DNA of 62,944 nucleotides, filler included, from Reclinomonas americana ATCC 50394 (GCA_048213135.1; 13 parts of 13 records of this genome joined end to end with filler, not necessarily neighbours in it), one strand, 5' to 3'; positions 1-13,404 are shown, numbered from the whole stretch's first letter. Notes: generated by a model not told the origin, from the letters alone. Made by a program: numbers and translations.

Positions 1-200
<200 letters not shown>

Positions 201-234
201 GCCACTTTCCCTCACTTCTTCCCATCGCCCGCAG

Positions 235-3200
235 CGACCGCCACGCACTCTCCATCAAGGAACTCGGCAAGGTGCTCGGCGCACCCATTCCACTGGCACT
301 CCCCGCCGGACGACACAGCAGCGACAATGAGTGTCCGCGATCGGTGCAGGAGATCACTCGCGATTTCTTGGAGTCTCGCGACGCCAACGATGTGTGCCTG
401 CTGATTGTGGGTCCGGCGGGCAGTGGCAAGACGCAGCTGATGGAGGCAGTGTTGATGGATTTGTGGCAAGTGTGGCGCGCCGGTGCTCCACTTCCGTTGT
501 TTGTGTCGCTGGGAGCGTTGCCAGTGCGCGAGATTTATGGTGGACGGTTCATGGAATGTGTGCTCATGCGGGAGGGATTTTCGGCGGAGGAGGTTGGTGA
601 AAGTGGGGAGTGCGGGGAAGAAGGAAGAGTGGGTATATCATTACAATACCTGCCGCTGCTCTCGCCTTGGCTCCTACATTAGCCCTGAGCCGTGTGTCAC
701 CTCTTTGACTCTCGTTTCCAATCCCTCCCCTCTTGTCTCACTCTTGCTCCTCTCTTGTTTCACTCTCGCACTCACTCTATCTCCGATTTGTATTTCACTC
801 CCTTCTTTTCCTTTTCTTTTGTTTCAGCCTTTCTGTCTCTCCCTCTCCCTCTCCCTCTCCTTCTCGCCCTTACTCTCCACCTGTGACTCTCACTCCCTCT
901 TGCCAGTTTCTTTCTCTCCTCATCTGTCCACCTCTGTCTCCCTCTCACTCTCTGTCTTTGGGTTGTGCATCACCTCCCTAACTCTCTCTCTTTTCTCGCT
1001 CCTCTTAGTTTCAGTCTTCTCGTCTCTCCATCTCCTTTCTCGCCCTCCTGTCTTGGTTTGTGCATCGCCTCCCTGTCCTCGCCCTCGCCCTTCTCTCCCT
1101 CTCCTCTCCCTCTCTCTCTGTCTCTCTTCTCTCCTCTTAGTTGCAGTCTTCCTGGCTCTCTCTCCCCCGCCTCTGTCTTTGGTTTGTGCATCGTCTCCAT
1201 GTCTCCCGTCCTCGCCCTCTCCCTCTCTCTCTCCCTCTCCTCTCCCTCCCCCTTCCCCTTTCCCCCCTTCCCCCTTCCCCCTTCCCCTCTTCCCCCCTTC
1301 CCCTGTTTTTCTCTCTCTCACTCCTCTCCGTCTCCCCCTTCTCCCGCCAGATCGCCGAGGTCCGGCGGCAAAGCTTCGTGCTCCTCCTCGACGGCTTTGA
1401 CGAGATCACCGGCCCCGCCGAGAACATCTACCAGGTCAATCAGCTGTGGCAGTGGAATGTGAAGGTCATCACCACATGCCGAGAGGAGTACATTAACCAG
1501 GTGCTCGGGCACGTGTATGTCGATCTCTTCTCGCCGTACACCGCGGTGGATCGGCCACGTGTGCGACCGGGACCGGCGGTGCCGCCTCCGCGACTGATCC
1601 AGCTGTTCATCCGACCACTGCGCGACGATGATGTGGAACAGTTCTTTGTGCGATATGCGGAACAGCAGCAGCAGCAGCAACAACAACAACCACATCCCTC
1701 GCACACGCGTGGTGTGATTGACCGTGAGGATAGCCGATGGACAGGTTGGTCGACAGTGTGTCGAGCGATTTACGCTTGGTCTCATTTTCTTGGCTTGCAG
1801 ACCCCGCACGCTACAGGGGCCTGATTCTGAAGACTCCCGGCCTGCGTCGCTGCCTGAGTACGGTATTCGTCGAGCATACTCTCTTTTATATAATCGCAGT
1901 CACTCATTGTGTATCTGCAGGTTCTCATGCTCGGGCTGGTGGCGCGACTCTTTCCACACAACAATGGCGAGTGGGAGCGACTGCCGGTGCAGCCGCTGGA
2001 CGTGATTCAGGCGTTTGCCAAGGTGCGTTCTCGTAGAGCACGAGCACTAATCAGAAAGAAAACTCACTTTGTGCATCCCTTGCAGGCATGGTTGCAAGTG
2101 GAGACGGCACAGACGCAGTTTGTCGAGGTCTGTCTCTGCATTTTTGCCAATATCATCCCATGCTCGACTCCTCACTTTGCCACGCATGCAGGCATTCCCC
2201 GCCGAGACCAACCGACTGCTCTTTGGCAACTACGCGGCGCAGCAGGCAGCGTCGGCCATGGTGGACCTCGGCACAACGATGCTGCCGGTCAACATGTTGC
2301 CGCCGACCACGTGGTCGGACCTGTCGATTGCCGAGTCGTACTATCTGCGCGAAGCAGTTTCGTTTACCTTGCGCACGCTTCCTCTGATTCTCATCCTTCA
2401 GCTTACATCTGCTTGCTGCAGTGTCTTCTTCGCGGGTTCGGACCTCGGGCTGTACAATTTATTCACCGAATGTTTATGGATTACTTTTTCGTCAACGATG
2501 TCATCTCGGAGATTGGAGTGCCGTCGTTTGGCATTCTACACTTGCACACGTTCAATCGACGCCTCCTCACGGTTGATGTTGCGTGGCGTCGCTGTCTTGC
2601 TCCGGCGACTGCGTGACTGATACACTGCTCATTTGCAGAAATCCGCCCTGCAAATGTTGGCCCACGAGGTGCGGCAGAACCCGCGTCTCGCCTCCTTGCT
2701 GTTGGACCTGGTGCGCACCACCACCAAGCAACCCAAGTACGCGGTGGCCGGTGCCAACGCACTGACAGGTGAGTGAGTGAACGGAGAGCGATTACTTGGA
2801 CAGGAGCGCAACTCAACTTCTCGCAGCACTCAATGTGGCCGAGTATTCGTTTCGAAACTTGGATCTACGTGGAATCCAGACACCGCGTTGCGATCTCTCC
2901 AATGTTGCGCCCCGATTCGGCGTCAGTGTGCCGTGCCTGTTAGCTTACCTTTTTGTCTTCCCTCCACAGGCGTACCTGGATGGAACGCGACTCGATGGGG
3001 CGGACTTGAGTGGCTCGGTGCTGTGTGGCGCTTGGTTGCGCGGAGCCTCACTCATCGACACGTCGCTGCGAAACATTTCGCTTCGCGAGCTGCCTCCATC
3101 CAAAGTTGCTTCGCGTGTCCACAACTTATTCACCACCGTCTGCTGACCCCTCGCCTCAGACCACTGCGCTTGCCCTGTGCCCGGACGGCTCCATGTACAT

Positions 3201-6031
3201 GAATGCAGCCGGCGAGCTGATTGATACTGCCACGGGTGTGCTGGTGCACGAGCTGTTTTCTCGCCTGCACGGACTGCAGCTCAGCGCCGCCACTCCAGTC
3301 GCCTTCTCCGACGATATGAGTCTGGTGGCCTTGGCCGACGACACGGTAGGGTGTGCTGCATCTCCCGATCTGCTGCTTTCTACTCCTCTCAATCGCGTCG
3401 CGCAGGATGTGTATGTGTGGAACACAACATCGGGAGCCGAAGTGGCGTACCTTCGCGGCCATATTCAGCCGATTCGGTTCATGGTGTTTGCACCGTCGGG
3501 CCCAGACCAGCCGGTGTTGCTGGCCACTGAAAGGTTTTTTGTGCACTGATATTGTGGTGGAGGCGAATGTTGATGCCTGACTTGGCGTTGCAGCATGCGT
3601 GAGGCCTGCATTCGCATCTGGAACGTTCGTTCGGGCATGTGCATTCGCCTGTTCCGTGACGTGCAGAATGCCAGCTGTGTGCGATTTACGTCGGATGCGA
3701 CCGCGGTTCTCATCGCACAGCGCTACCACGCTGGTGTGTTCATTTTCTCTCCTCTTTCGAGATTGTGGGATGGCAGCAGCGTCTCACGCCCTCTTCCCCA
3801 CAGGTATTGGCATGTGGGAGGTGGCTACTGGGCGCACTGTCAACCTCTTTGCGCACATTGGTGGCATCCGTTGTGCGGCGGTGTCGGCTGATTCACGACG
3901 TCTGGCCACCGGCAGCGACGATCATCGCATTGTCGTGTGGCGACTGGGTGGGCCGGATGGAAGGCAGTGGGAGTTGCGTGGAACATAAGAAGACTCCAAG
4001 GAAGGCCTGCAGCTCATCACAGTTATGTGTGCCCGCGCAGGCGCGGTCTCACGCTGCAGGCGGAAGCTCCAGTGCAGCAGCTCGCATTCTCCAGCGCATG
4101 CCTGCTGCTTGCAGCCGCAGAGGGACCTCGCATCGCCATTTACGATGTGCACACTACGAAACGACTGGCGACGCTCGAGGGACACCAGAGTGATGGTGCG
4201 CGCGTGTTCGAGTGACTTTCCTGCTCTTTTGCATTCTTCACTCACATTCATTGTCACCAGTGCTGCAACTGGTGTTCTCCAGCGACGAGGCGGCGCTTGT
4301 TTCGCGCGACCGAGGTGAGGCGCCCCGCTCTTCTTCTTACATTTCTCTCCCAACTCACTTTTTTTGCTTCCTCAGACACGGTGCGCACCTGGCTCATCGC
4401 CGCATCATCGCGCCGCAACACACTCGGACGTCGCGTCCACGCTGGCCCCGTGCGCTCTCTGGTGTTCAGCGACGATGGCGGCGCGGTGGCCTCCATGGGA
4501 GACGACGGCAAGATCATGTGCTGGGCGGCCGACACGGGTGAGTTTCTGCGCGAGATCATGCCCGGCGAAGGACGCACCACGTCGGTGGCTCTGCGCGGAA
4601 TCTACAACATTGCTGTCTCGTACTGGGGTCGGCAAGTGCGTCTGTTCCAGTGGATCGAGTCGGACGACACGGTGTTGACGCATACGGGAGAGGTGTACTG
4701 CATCGATCCGTGCACCGCAGTGGCCATGTCGCCAGATGGGCAGTGGATGGCCGGTGAGTGTGGAGGGGAAGAAGAGGAAGATGGGAAGGGAGTGTTATGT
4801 ATTTCGAGAGACTGAGCAAGGGAGACAATAGAAGGGTATGGAAAGAGAGAGCGCTAACCTTGTTTTCCCCTCCTCCCTCGCAGTGGGAAGCCGCTCACTC
4901 CACATTCACAAATTCCCCGATATTCGCAAGCCGGTGCAGACGCTGCGCGGCTCCGTGCGGCACGTGCAGGCTCTGCAGTTCTCGCGTGATTCGTCGCTGC
5001 TGGCGGCCGTGTTCGAGGACAGCGCGCTGGAGTTGTGGGATATTGAGGGAGGAATGACGTGCATCACGGCCATGGGCATTGGCACACCGGGCGATGATCA
5101 AGTCGTGTCGGTGTCGTTCTCGCCCGACCTGTCGTCCTTCACGGCGCTGGTGCGAAGCCGTGCAGAGAATGTGGCGCCCGGCGGCGTGATGGTGCTGCGC
5201 GGCTGCGCTGTGATTGTGTATGGCGGGTGGTCAGGCGAGGCCAGCTTGATCTGCAGCATGTGGACAGAGGATATCATCTCCAGCGCCGTGCAGTCGAGCG
5301 ACAGCCGCATGGTGGCGGTGGCGTATCAGTCGCGCCCCGAGGTGTGGCTGTATTCGCCGGCCACCTCGGAGATGGTGCTCCTGCAGCGCATTGTCTTGTC
5401 GCAGCCGGCGTCGGCCATTGCCTTTGCGCCCTCGGCGGCCGACGTGGCAGGAGTGCCGATTACTCGCCGACGCAAGCCGCTGCGGCTGGCTGTCGCCGCG
5501 GGCAAGGGCTTGGCGCTGCTCGATGTGACCAGTGTGTTGGTAGAGTCGGTGACCAATCCCGCGCGCCGTGCCGATCCGAAAGCCACCGAGGTCAACGACG
5601 ATCAGGAGATTGCTTTCCTGTGGCGCGCCGGAGAGACGGCACTGTGGTGCCGTGGCATGACGGCACGCGGTGTGTACGGTCTGTCGCGAGCGCAAGTGGA
5701 GCTCCTGGAGGGTGCCGGGGCGGCGATGGTGACCACCATTGACGAGGAGGATATGGGTGGCGCGGTGGGTGGCGACGACGACGACGAAGCGGACCAGGGG
5801 CGAGAGACGGGAATGGGGGCGGGAGCCGACACGAAGCGCACGCCCGCAGCCGCCACCACGCCGACCAAGTCGCCGAGAAAGTGGATGGGTTTGGACGAGG
5901 AGGAGGCGGAGATGCGGCGATTGGCGATCGAGCCGGCGGAGGCGGGAGTGGAGTTTGTAATTGATGGGGTGGGCGAGAAGAGACCGACGTTCTCCAAACT
6001 CGACGAGATGGATCTGCGATTGAGGGACTGA
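235..6031 (+). CDS. NACHT NTPase + pentapeptide repeat + WD40 protein (NLR/STAND-like), multi-exon, 5' partial
   Basis: Walker A GPAGSGKT, Walker B LLLDGFDE, KVITTCREEY, QFIHRMFMDYF, pentapeptide stretch (LDGTRLDGADLSGSVLCGAWLRGASLIDTSL) and many GH..WD-type repeats. About 18 GT-AG-joined exons keep frame; stop TGA at 6031. Confidence 0.85.
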
Positions 6032-6064
6032 GATGTATTGAAAATGTTTGCTGGGTAGTGCTTG

Positions 6065-7962
6065 TCAATCGTCGGTCGGCAGCTTGGTCTCGGCGCAGCG
6101 CCACATGTACCACGAGGCGACGCTGCGGTAGGGGCGCCACGGGGCGGAGAGCTTTTCCATCTGCGACGGGGAGGTGAGCAAGGAAAGGGGCGAAGGCGAC
6201 GTGCGATGAACTTGCGCACCTTGTCGACCTCGGGGAGATCCTTCAGCGAAAAGTAGCGCTGCATGCCCTTGCGCATGCCACTGCAAGGCAAAGTGATGCA
6301 AGTGGGTGGAAGGAGAATGAGAGTGGCGAAAATAGGGGAGGCAACGAAACAGATCGCCGACCGGCAACACATCGGCGTGGTGGGCGTAGAACATCAGATA
6401 CATGTCGATGCTGGGCGCAGTGGTGAAAGTGAGCACAATGATCTCTGCGAGCAAGTAGAAACAGCGACCCTTACCTCCACTGGATACATTCAAGAACAAC
6501 GAGAATGATGGCAAAATGAGCAATCTTCAACAACCCACACACACGCTCACTGCACAGAGAAAAACAAACCTTGCCAATGCCCTTGACCTGAATCAGCGTG
6601 TCGGAAATCTCGTCACGGTCCATCTTCAACAGGCGCTCCTCCACAATCGTGCCGTCGTCAAACTTTTGCGCCAGGTCGAGGATGTAGCTGGCCTTTTGAC
6701 GTGAGAGACCCACCGAGCGCAGAGTGTCGACGGATTGCTGGTGGCGGAACACGACGACGACATGAGACGGGCGAAAAGGAAGGCAGCGCGACGACTGTGG
6801 AAACGCACCGTCAACACCTGCGCCGGTGTCGGCATGCTGGAGGTGTCGTCGCCAAACAGGGCCAGGAAGCGCCGGAGGATGGCTTGAGCGGCGGCGCCGG
6901 CCAGCTGCTGGAACTGAAGCGGGCAGGAAAGGGATGAGCGAGAGAGAGAGGAGGACAAGAAGGAGGAGAAGGAGGAGGAGAAGGAGGAGGAGAAGGAGGA
7001 GGAGAGGGGAGGAGAGGGGAGGAGAGGGGAGGAGGAGGAGGAGGAAGACGAGAGAAGAGAGAGAAAAGAAGAACAAGAACAAGAAGAACAAGAACAAGAA
7101 GAACAAGAAGAAGAAGAAGCCACGAGGAAAGAGAACAAGAGGAAGAAGAACAAGAGGAAGAAGAACAAGAGGAAGAAGAACAAGAACAGAAGAAGAAGAA
7201 GAAGAATAAGGAGGAGAAGGAGGAGAAGAAGAAGAACAAGAACAAGAACAAGAACAAGAACAAGAGCAAGAGGAACGAGAGGAACAGGAGCAAGAAGAAC
7301 GAAGAGAGAAAAAGAGGAAAAAGGCATGACGAGGGCGGAAAGCCATAACCATGAGAGGGCCAAGTTCTTGGAGACACCCTTCCCCATCATCCCCTTCCCC
7401 TCCTCCCTTCTCCCCATATCCCTCCTCACCATAATCGCTCGCACCAAGTGCTGAAACGGACTACGCGACACCGCCTCGGAATCCGCATAGAACGGCGGCG
7501 CTCCATGCGAGTCAATCAACGCCGCCAAGCGCTCATCCGCCTGCCGCAGATGCGTAACCGCCTCCCGCAGTGACCAACCGCTGCGAGTCGACACGTCACG
7601 CTCCTGCATAAAAGAAAGAGATGAGCTTTTGATTGTGAGACTGTGACTGTGAGAGGGAGACTCAACATGCAGATCAAAGACGCCTTCCATGTGCTTGCGT
7701 CCACATGCCTTGGCCTCGTCTTTGGGAGCGGCCTTGGCGCGCTTGCGAGGAGGCGAAGAGCGTGAAGAGGCTGCGCACATGAGCACTCTTGACTGCATCT
7801 CTCTCCCACACACACACAGTGACACGCACATTCATCGTCCTCCTCTTGCTTGACTTGCCGCTTGCGACCACGTGCGGGCTTCACCTCTGCCTCCACTTCC
7901 TCCTCCGCAGGCTCCTCCTTCACAACGGGCTTTGCACGAGAACGCAACACGCGACCGCTCAT
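6065..7962 (-). CDS. MAG1: DNA-3-methyladenine glycosylase (AlkA/MAG1, HhH-GPD family), multi-exon
   Basis: SPFQHLVRAIM-QQLAGAAA, LRSVGLSRQKASYI, HhH motif LIQVKGIGK-W-SIDM, DVLPVGDLGMR and WRPYRSVASWYMW. Includes a 5-nt exon at 6475-6479. Confidence 0.9.
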
Positions 7963-8054
7963 TTCAAAGAGAAAGTGTGTTCTGGCGGGTTGCTCGTGCG
8001 CATTCCGGTCTCCGTTTGTCTCCGATCAACAAACAGACAAACAGCGGGCGGGAG

Positions 8055-9003
8055 ATGAAGGGCGCCAAGAGTATTGATGCAAGAGGCAAGCGACTGTTGT
8101 TTTCTGCTGCTGAGGTGTTCGACATCTCGCCTGATGATTGATTGCTTGCTGTATCTCTCTCCAGGCGGACAGCATCTCGCGCCCTCTGCACGCCTCCTTG
8201 CAGCTGTGATCATCGCAGGCCTGCTGCTGCCACTCACCGGTCTCTATGCGATGTGGACGAGCGTGTGGGACTGTCATTTTCCGTTCGCACCTGTGCTGAT
8301 TGAGATCCGATCGGTGCTCGGTGCGATGCTGTGGAATGTGGCGCTGTTTGCGGTGTTTGCGGCCTCGCATACGATCATGGCGCAGACGTGGTTTCAGCAG
8401 CTGGCGTTCGTGCAGCAGTGGATTGTTGCGTTTCTCCGATGTGCCAATGATCACATCTTTAGCTCACTGCAAGACGCGCAGCCACTGCAACTGCGTCGCT
8501 TTGTCTTCCTGCTGCAGACCTCGGTGCAGCTGGTCGGCTTTATGCTCCTGTGGCAACCGCTGCCTTTCATGGTGTGGGATGTGCGGCCGTGGTTGAGCTG
8601 GGCGATTGATGGCGACACTCTGTTGCTGGCCGGGCGCATCGGCAGTGTGGCGTTGTGGGGCGGCTCGCTGTATGGTGTCATTGTGCATGGCATGACGTCG
8701 TTTGTGGGGTTGACGCAGTTGGCCGCCGACACACAGTCGCTGCAGAGGCCAGAGGGCACGCCGCATCTCATCACCACTGGCCTCTACCGCTGGGTGCGCC
8801 ATCCGCTGTACACGTTCACCACCGCGGCCATGGCGTTTACCCCGGCCATGCCACTCGGCCGCTTCCTGCACCTTGTCGCCGCCGTCGTGTACCTCTCGCA
8901 GTGGGGCATTCCGTACGAGGAGCGCAAACTCGTGAAGCTGTTTGGCGCGCAGTACGAGGAGTATCGGCGGAGGGTGCCGGCCTTTGTGCCGGGGTGGAGG
9001 TGA
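8055..9003 (+). CDS. Nurim / isoprenylcysteine methyltransferase (ICMT/PEMT)-like membrane protein
   Basis: LWNVALFAVFAASHTIMA, LITTGLYRWVRHPLY and EERKLVKLFGAQYEEYRRRVPAF. Probable intron ending at 8164 (donor uncertain: GT at 8071 or GC at 8086) and a stopless 57-nt intron at 8425-8481. Confidence 0.8.
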
Positions 9004-9079
9004 GGGTGAGGGAGGCAAAGGAGAGGGAGGGATATGAGCGTAAACTGTGTATGCATAGACAGCTTTAGACATCTCGCTG

Positions 9080-9540
9080 CGTCTTTTGAGCAATGCAGCC
9101 AATCTCACTGAGCTCGACATTTGGGCTGAGCACTCCAGCACAACAATCTCTTGCCAACCGGCACCCGCAGCATGCTTGCGCGGAAGATTAGACGCGTCGC
9201 AGTCGCCGCGACAAGGTGCACACACAAGAATCGTCAACAGACGGATTCCTGCGCGAAGCGTCCTCATCGACAGGAAGCTGAGCGCAATGACATTGACCGG
9301 CAGACTCCCGCGCCTGGATGGATTGTCTCGAGGCGTCCTCAACGACTGGTCCCAGAACGCAATGGCATTGACCGGCAGACTCCCAGACGCCTGGACTCCT
9401 CATCGCAAGTCGGCTTCCAAGATCGCTATCTGAACGCACCAACATTGACCGGCACACTCCCTTCCTCGTCACAAGGCGGCCTCCAAGATCGCTATCTGAA
9501 CGCAACAATATTCCCAACCGGCAGACTCCCTAAAGCCTGC
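9080..9540 (+). pseudogene. Decayed leucine-rich-repeat (LTGxLP type) remnant
   Basis: Four copies of ATTGACCGGCA(G/C)ACTCCC-like units (9292, 9367, 9444, ~9511) translate to LTGRLP/LTGTLP in different frames. GGCYTCCAAGATCGCTATCTGAACGCA is duplicated. Confidence 0.5.
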
Positions 9541-9672
9541 TCTCGTGGCAACCAACGTACACACAGGCGCCACTTGTTCTTTTCAATAGAGGGTATTCAC
9601 ACGAGACCCAGACCACCACCACCACCACCACACGACAAGAGAATGCCAAATCACAAACACACACGACGACGC

Positions 9673-12600
9673 TCATCGGAAGACCTGCGTCATCAGTGGT
9701 CGCTGCACGGCCGCATTGAGCTCGGTGAGCTTCTCCAGTGCCTGAATGCGGAGTGGGTGGTAGTTGGACTCGGCACCCTCCGACTTGATAACTGCGATCG
9801 GCGTAAGGGCAAGTGAGCGCGAGAGTGCACAAGGAAGTCACGGTGACCTGTACGCAACATTCTTCCAAGGTGAAAAGATTTGTCTCGAGGAAGCGGATCT
9901 GGAGCGCAGCGGGAGGTGAGGAGGGAAGTGAGCAACACGAAACAACTCGCACCACAGTGTACCTTCTTCACAGCCTGCTCCATCGAGCGGTGAATGTCGT
10001 TCGAGTTCAGCTTGCGCTGCGCGTGCAAGAAGAATGGATAAGAGAGATGTGCACGATAATCGTCCACCCACACGCCGTGCCGCTCACCTTTTCCTCCTCC
10101 AGCTCCTGCGAAAGCAGCGACACACGGTTGCGGAGGCGGTCGCGGCGAGACAAGAACTCGTCCTTTTGTGCGACCAAATCCTGCGCACACGCTCTCCGTG
10201 AGCTGACTCCCCAATCTCATCATTCTTGCTCACTCACCCTCTTCCGCCTATCAGCCTCCACGCGCAGCGAATCGAGATCCTCGTATGTGGACATTTCCCG
10301 ATTCATCTTCTCGTACTTGTCGGTGAAGAAGCGCACTTGCGTGTCGATCTTGTTCTCCAGGTTCTCCAAATCCTCCAGATCCTTGATCATGCGCTGCAAC
10401 TCTGTCGAGTGGGAGGAAGAAGCAAATCAGTGACCATGATATCAATTGTGTGGTCACATGGCGATGCATAACACGCACCCTTCTTCTGAATGCGCTCGCC
10501 GGTGAACTGCGCCTGCAACGCCTGCAACTCCTTGTACTCCAAGTCCTTTTGCATCGAGCTGAACTGCTCCGACGACGGCAAGCTCTTGGCGATCGACAGA
10601 TCCTGCGCGGCGGAGAAACAATGAGGCGAAAAGGAAAATAGAAAGAAGGCACAACAGCATCAACGCACTCGGGACACTGTGGCCAAATGCCGTACAATGC
10701 GCTCCTGCAGCTGGTTGATGTTCTCAATGTGTCGCTGCTTCTGCTCGGGGAACTGAAAGGGAGCGTGGTGAGCTTCTCGCGTGAGTGGCTGTCACAACGA
10801 TGAACTTGTCAGCAGACAAACCTCCTCGATAAACTTGGACACCTGCTTGTCCTTGCCGAGCAAGTCGACAATGGTCGAGCTGTCACGACCGCCGTCCTCC
10901 GACACGCCGCCGACCTCCAGTCGATACGAGGCCACATCGTCCTGAATGTCGGTCAGCTGCTTCTGCAGCCGCTCGATTTCCTTCTTGTCGATTCGCGTCT
11001 GCTCCATCAGGCGCACGCGCTCGTCCTCCAGGCTGCCGCCGACACTCTGTGGTGCAAGTGGTGAGAAAGGGGGGAAAGGGCGGAGGAGGAGGAGGGAAGG
11101 GTGGAGGAGGAGGAGAGGGGAAGGGGGAAGGGAAGGAGAGGGAAAGGGACAGGAAGGGGGGAGGGAGGGGAAGGAAGGGGGGAGGGAAGGGAGGGGAAGA
11201 AGGAAAGGGAGCGAAAAGAGGGGAAGGAGGGAGGAAAGTGTGTGTGTGTGTGTGTTTGTATGTTTGTTGATTGGGGAAATACCATGCAGGCGGTGACCAC
11301 AGACGGAGAGGCAACACACAAGCACTCGTGACAATGCTCACTCCAACGAAGAATACGCAGTGAAAGATGAAAGGAGGATGAGACCAGAAACAGAAGGTCG
11401 CGAGAAAGAAGAGAAACAGGAAGGAGACTGGAACCCAAGAAAGGAACCTGCGAATCCAATAGCAACGAGCGAGAGGAGTAACAGGCGAAAGATGCAGGAG
11501 TACAAAAACGAATGAGTCAGGTCGGTCACAGCTGAGTTCGACAAGAATGCGTGTGTGTGAGGCGAGGTGGATAATGATCTGGACGCTCGTGCCCCTTCCC
11601 TTCAACCGACGCAACATTTGGATCCACCTCGCCCGTCAACTCAGCCTTGCGCTTGGCGAGCACCGCAATCTCCTGCGACAAAGAGGCAGCGCGCAGACGA
11701 CTGGGATCCTCTTCCAGTTCCTGTGTGAAAGAGAATGAGTGCGTGCAGATCTTTCACCCTCCTCCCACTGGAGGCAACACACCCGCTCCAGCTCTCGCTT
11801 CTTGTTGGCAAAGTCGGCCAGCTGCGCCTCGCGTCTGGCAATCTCCTCTGTCAACACCTGATCCTCCTCGCGCAGGCTGTAAATGAGCTGGCGCGATCCC
11901 GGATCCTGCAAACACATACGTGAGAAGTGATATGAAGCAGCGACTGAGCGCCACATTGGACGATAGAACACACCTGGTCGAGCTCCGCCTCCAACTCCAG
12001 GTACATGCGCGCGACGGCATCCTCACACTCACGAATTCGTCGATCGAGTCTGCACACGCACGCATGAGAGACAGGACCGACCCGTCCCTGCATTTTTCGC
12101 TGTGCAACGCAACTCGGAGCGCTCCGTGAAGATCTTGTCCATGTTGCGACGCGACTTCTCGTTGCTCGACCTCATCAACGAGGTCTCCTGCTCAATCGCC
12201 GTCACATCCACATCGTCGTCGCCAGCACTCTGCGCAAACAGTGAGGAAGTCGCTCGCGCCAACTTGATAACGTGCATGACGCACCAACTCCACTGCCGAG
12301 TTGAAATCGCTCAGCTTGCCACGCAGCGTCTTGACCTCCTCCTCCAGAGCGGTTTTCCTGCAGACGGAATCAGCGCGAATGTGAATGAGAGGCCGTCTCC
12401 GTCCCCAACCAGGGGAAGAGAGAGCAAATAAAAGAGAGGCAGAGGAGAGAGAAGAGAAGGAGAGGAAGAGAGAGATACAGCGACGACAGTCATACTCAAG
12501 CGCGCTGTTCCTCACACTCACTAAACTTCTCTCATTCTCTTCCTCAACTACTGCTCTTCCTCCCTCTCTCTCTCTCTTTCTTCCCTCCCTCCCTTTCTCT

Positions 12601-13194
12601 CTCCCATCCCTCTCTCTCTCCCCTCTTCAACACTCAACTTCTTGTCCAGTTGCTGGAACGTGATCTGATCCTTCTGCATCTGCTCACTCTCCTCGTTCAA
12701 GTTCGCAATCTCCCCCGTCAAATCGCTGACACGAGCGCGCAGCAATCCCAAGTAGTACGAGCGATCCTGCACCTGTCGCCGCGGGCCTGTTTTCCCCCCA
12801 CATGCCAGTGAGCGGAGCCGCGTTCCAGCGCAACGACAACAGCAGCGCACGCGACAACTCACCCGCAGTGCCCGTGCGCAATCCAGCCATCTTCTCGCGC
12901 GTAAACGGTCGATCACTGACCTGCACCTGCGTGCTCAATCCCACACCCACACCCTGCTCCGTGCCATACGAGGTCGGCGCACGAGCCGTGCCCAATCGAC
13001 CTCCCGACGTGCCCGGCTGCTGCTGCGTCATCGCCGACGGAGGTCGGAACGGCTGCACCGACTGCGCTCCCATGACGACGACGGCGGACGGCCTCCACGC
13101 CCGAGCCCACTCGGCGGTCGCACCATTCCGCTGGGTGGACGAATCATGCCGCCGCCGCCGCCAGGCGCGTTGGTGCCAGGACGCGGTCCCATGC
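9673..13194 (-). CDS. IFT74: Intraflagellar transport protein 74, multi-exon (start possibly at 13192 or in the gap)
   Basis: RPPSG-rich N-terminus, VQVSDRPFTREKMAGL, GPRRQVQDRSYYLGLLR, long coiled coils and C-terminal NLFTLEEFIKSEGAESNY. Confidence 0.92.
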
Positions 13195-13242
13195 CTGCCG
13201 CACAGAGACGATGAGTCTTGACGCACGTCGCCACAACGCTGA

Positions 13243-13342
13243 NNNNNNNNNNNNNNNNNNNNNNNNNNNNNNNNNNNNNNNNNNNNTTAATTAATTAANN
13301 NNNNNNNNNNNNNNNNNNNNNNNNNNNNNNNNNNNNNNNNNN
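13243..13342. other. Assembly gap spacer (N-run + TTAATTAATTAA + N-run); recurs about a dozen times
   Basis: Identical six-frame-stop linker in every gap, often flanked by microsatellites. Confidence 0.95.

Positions 13343-13404
<62 letters not shown>

Noticed and set aside
483..1462. Long Leu/Ser/Pro- or Arg/Glu-rich ORFs here and elsewhere (e.g. 19217-20157, 29640-30685)
   Set aside because: These are stop-free translations of intronic CT/GA microsatellites.
9853..9858. Non-canonical TT-starting introns (cleavage shifted by one base)
   Set aside because: Discriminating junctions (IFT74 F, SWIRM I, NAA20 I, and the stop avoided at 46000) support canonical GT-AG cleavage.
13287..13298. Recurrent TTAATTAATTAA as a biological motif
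   Set aside because: It is always centred in N-runs, so it is an artificial six-frame stop linker.
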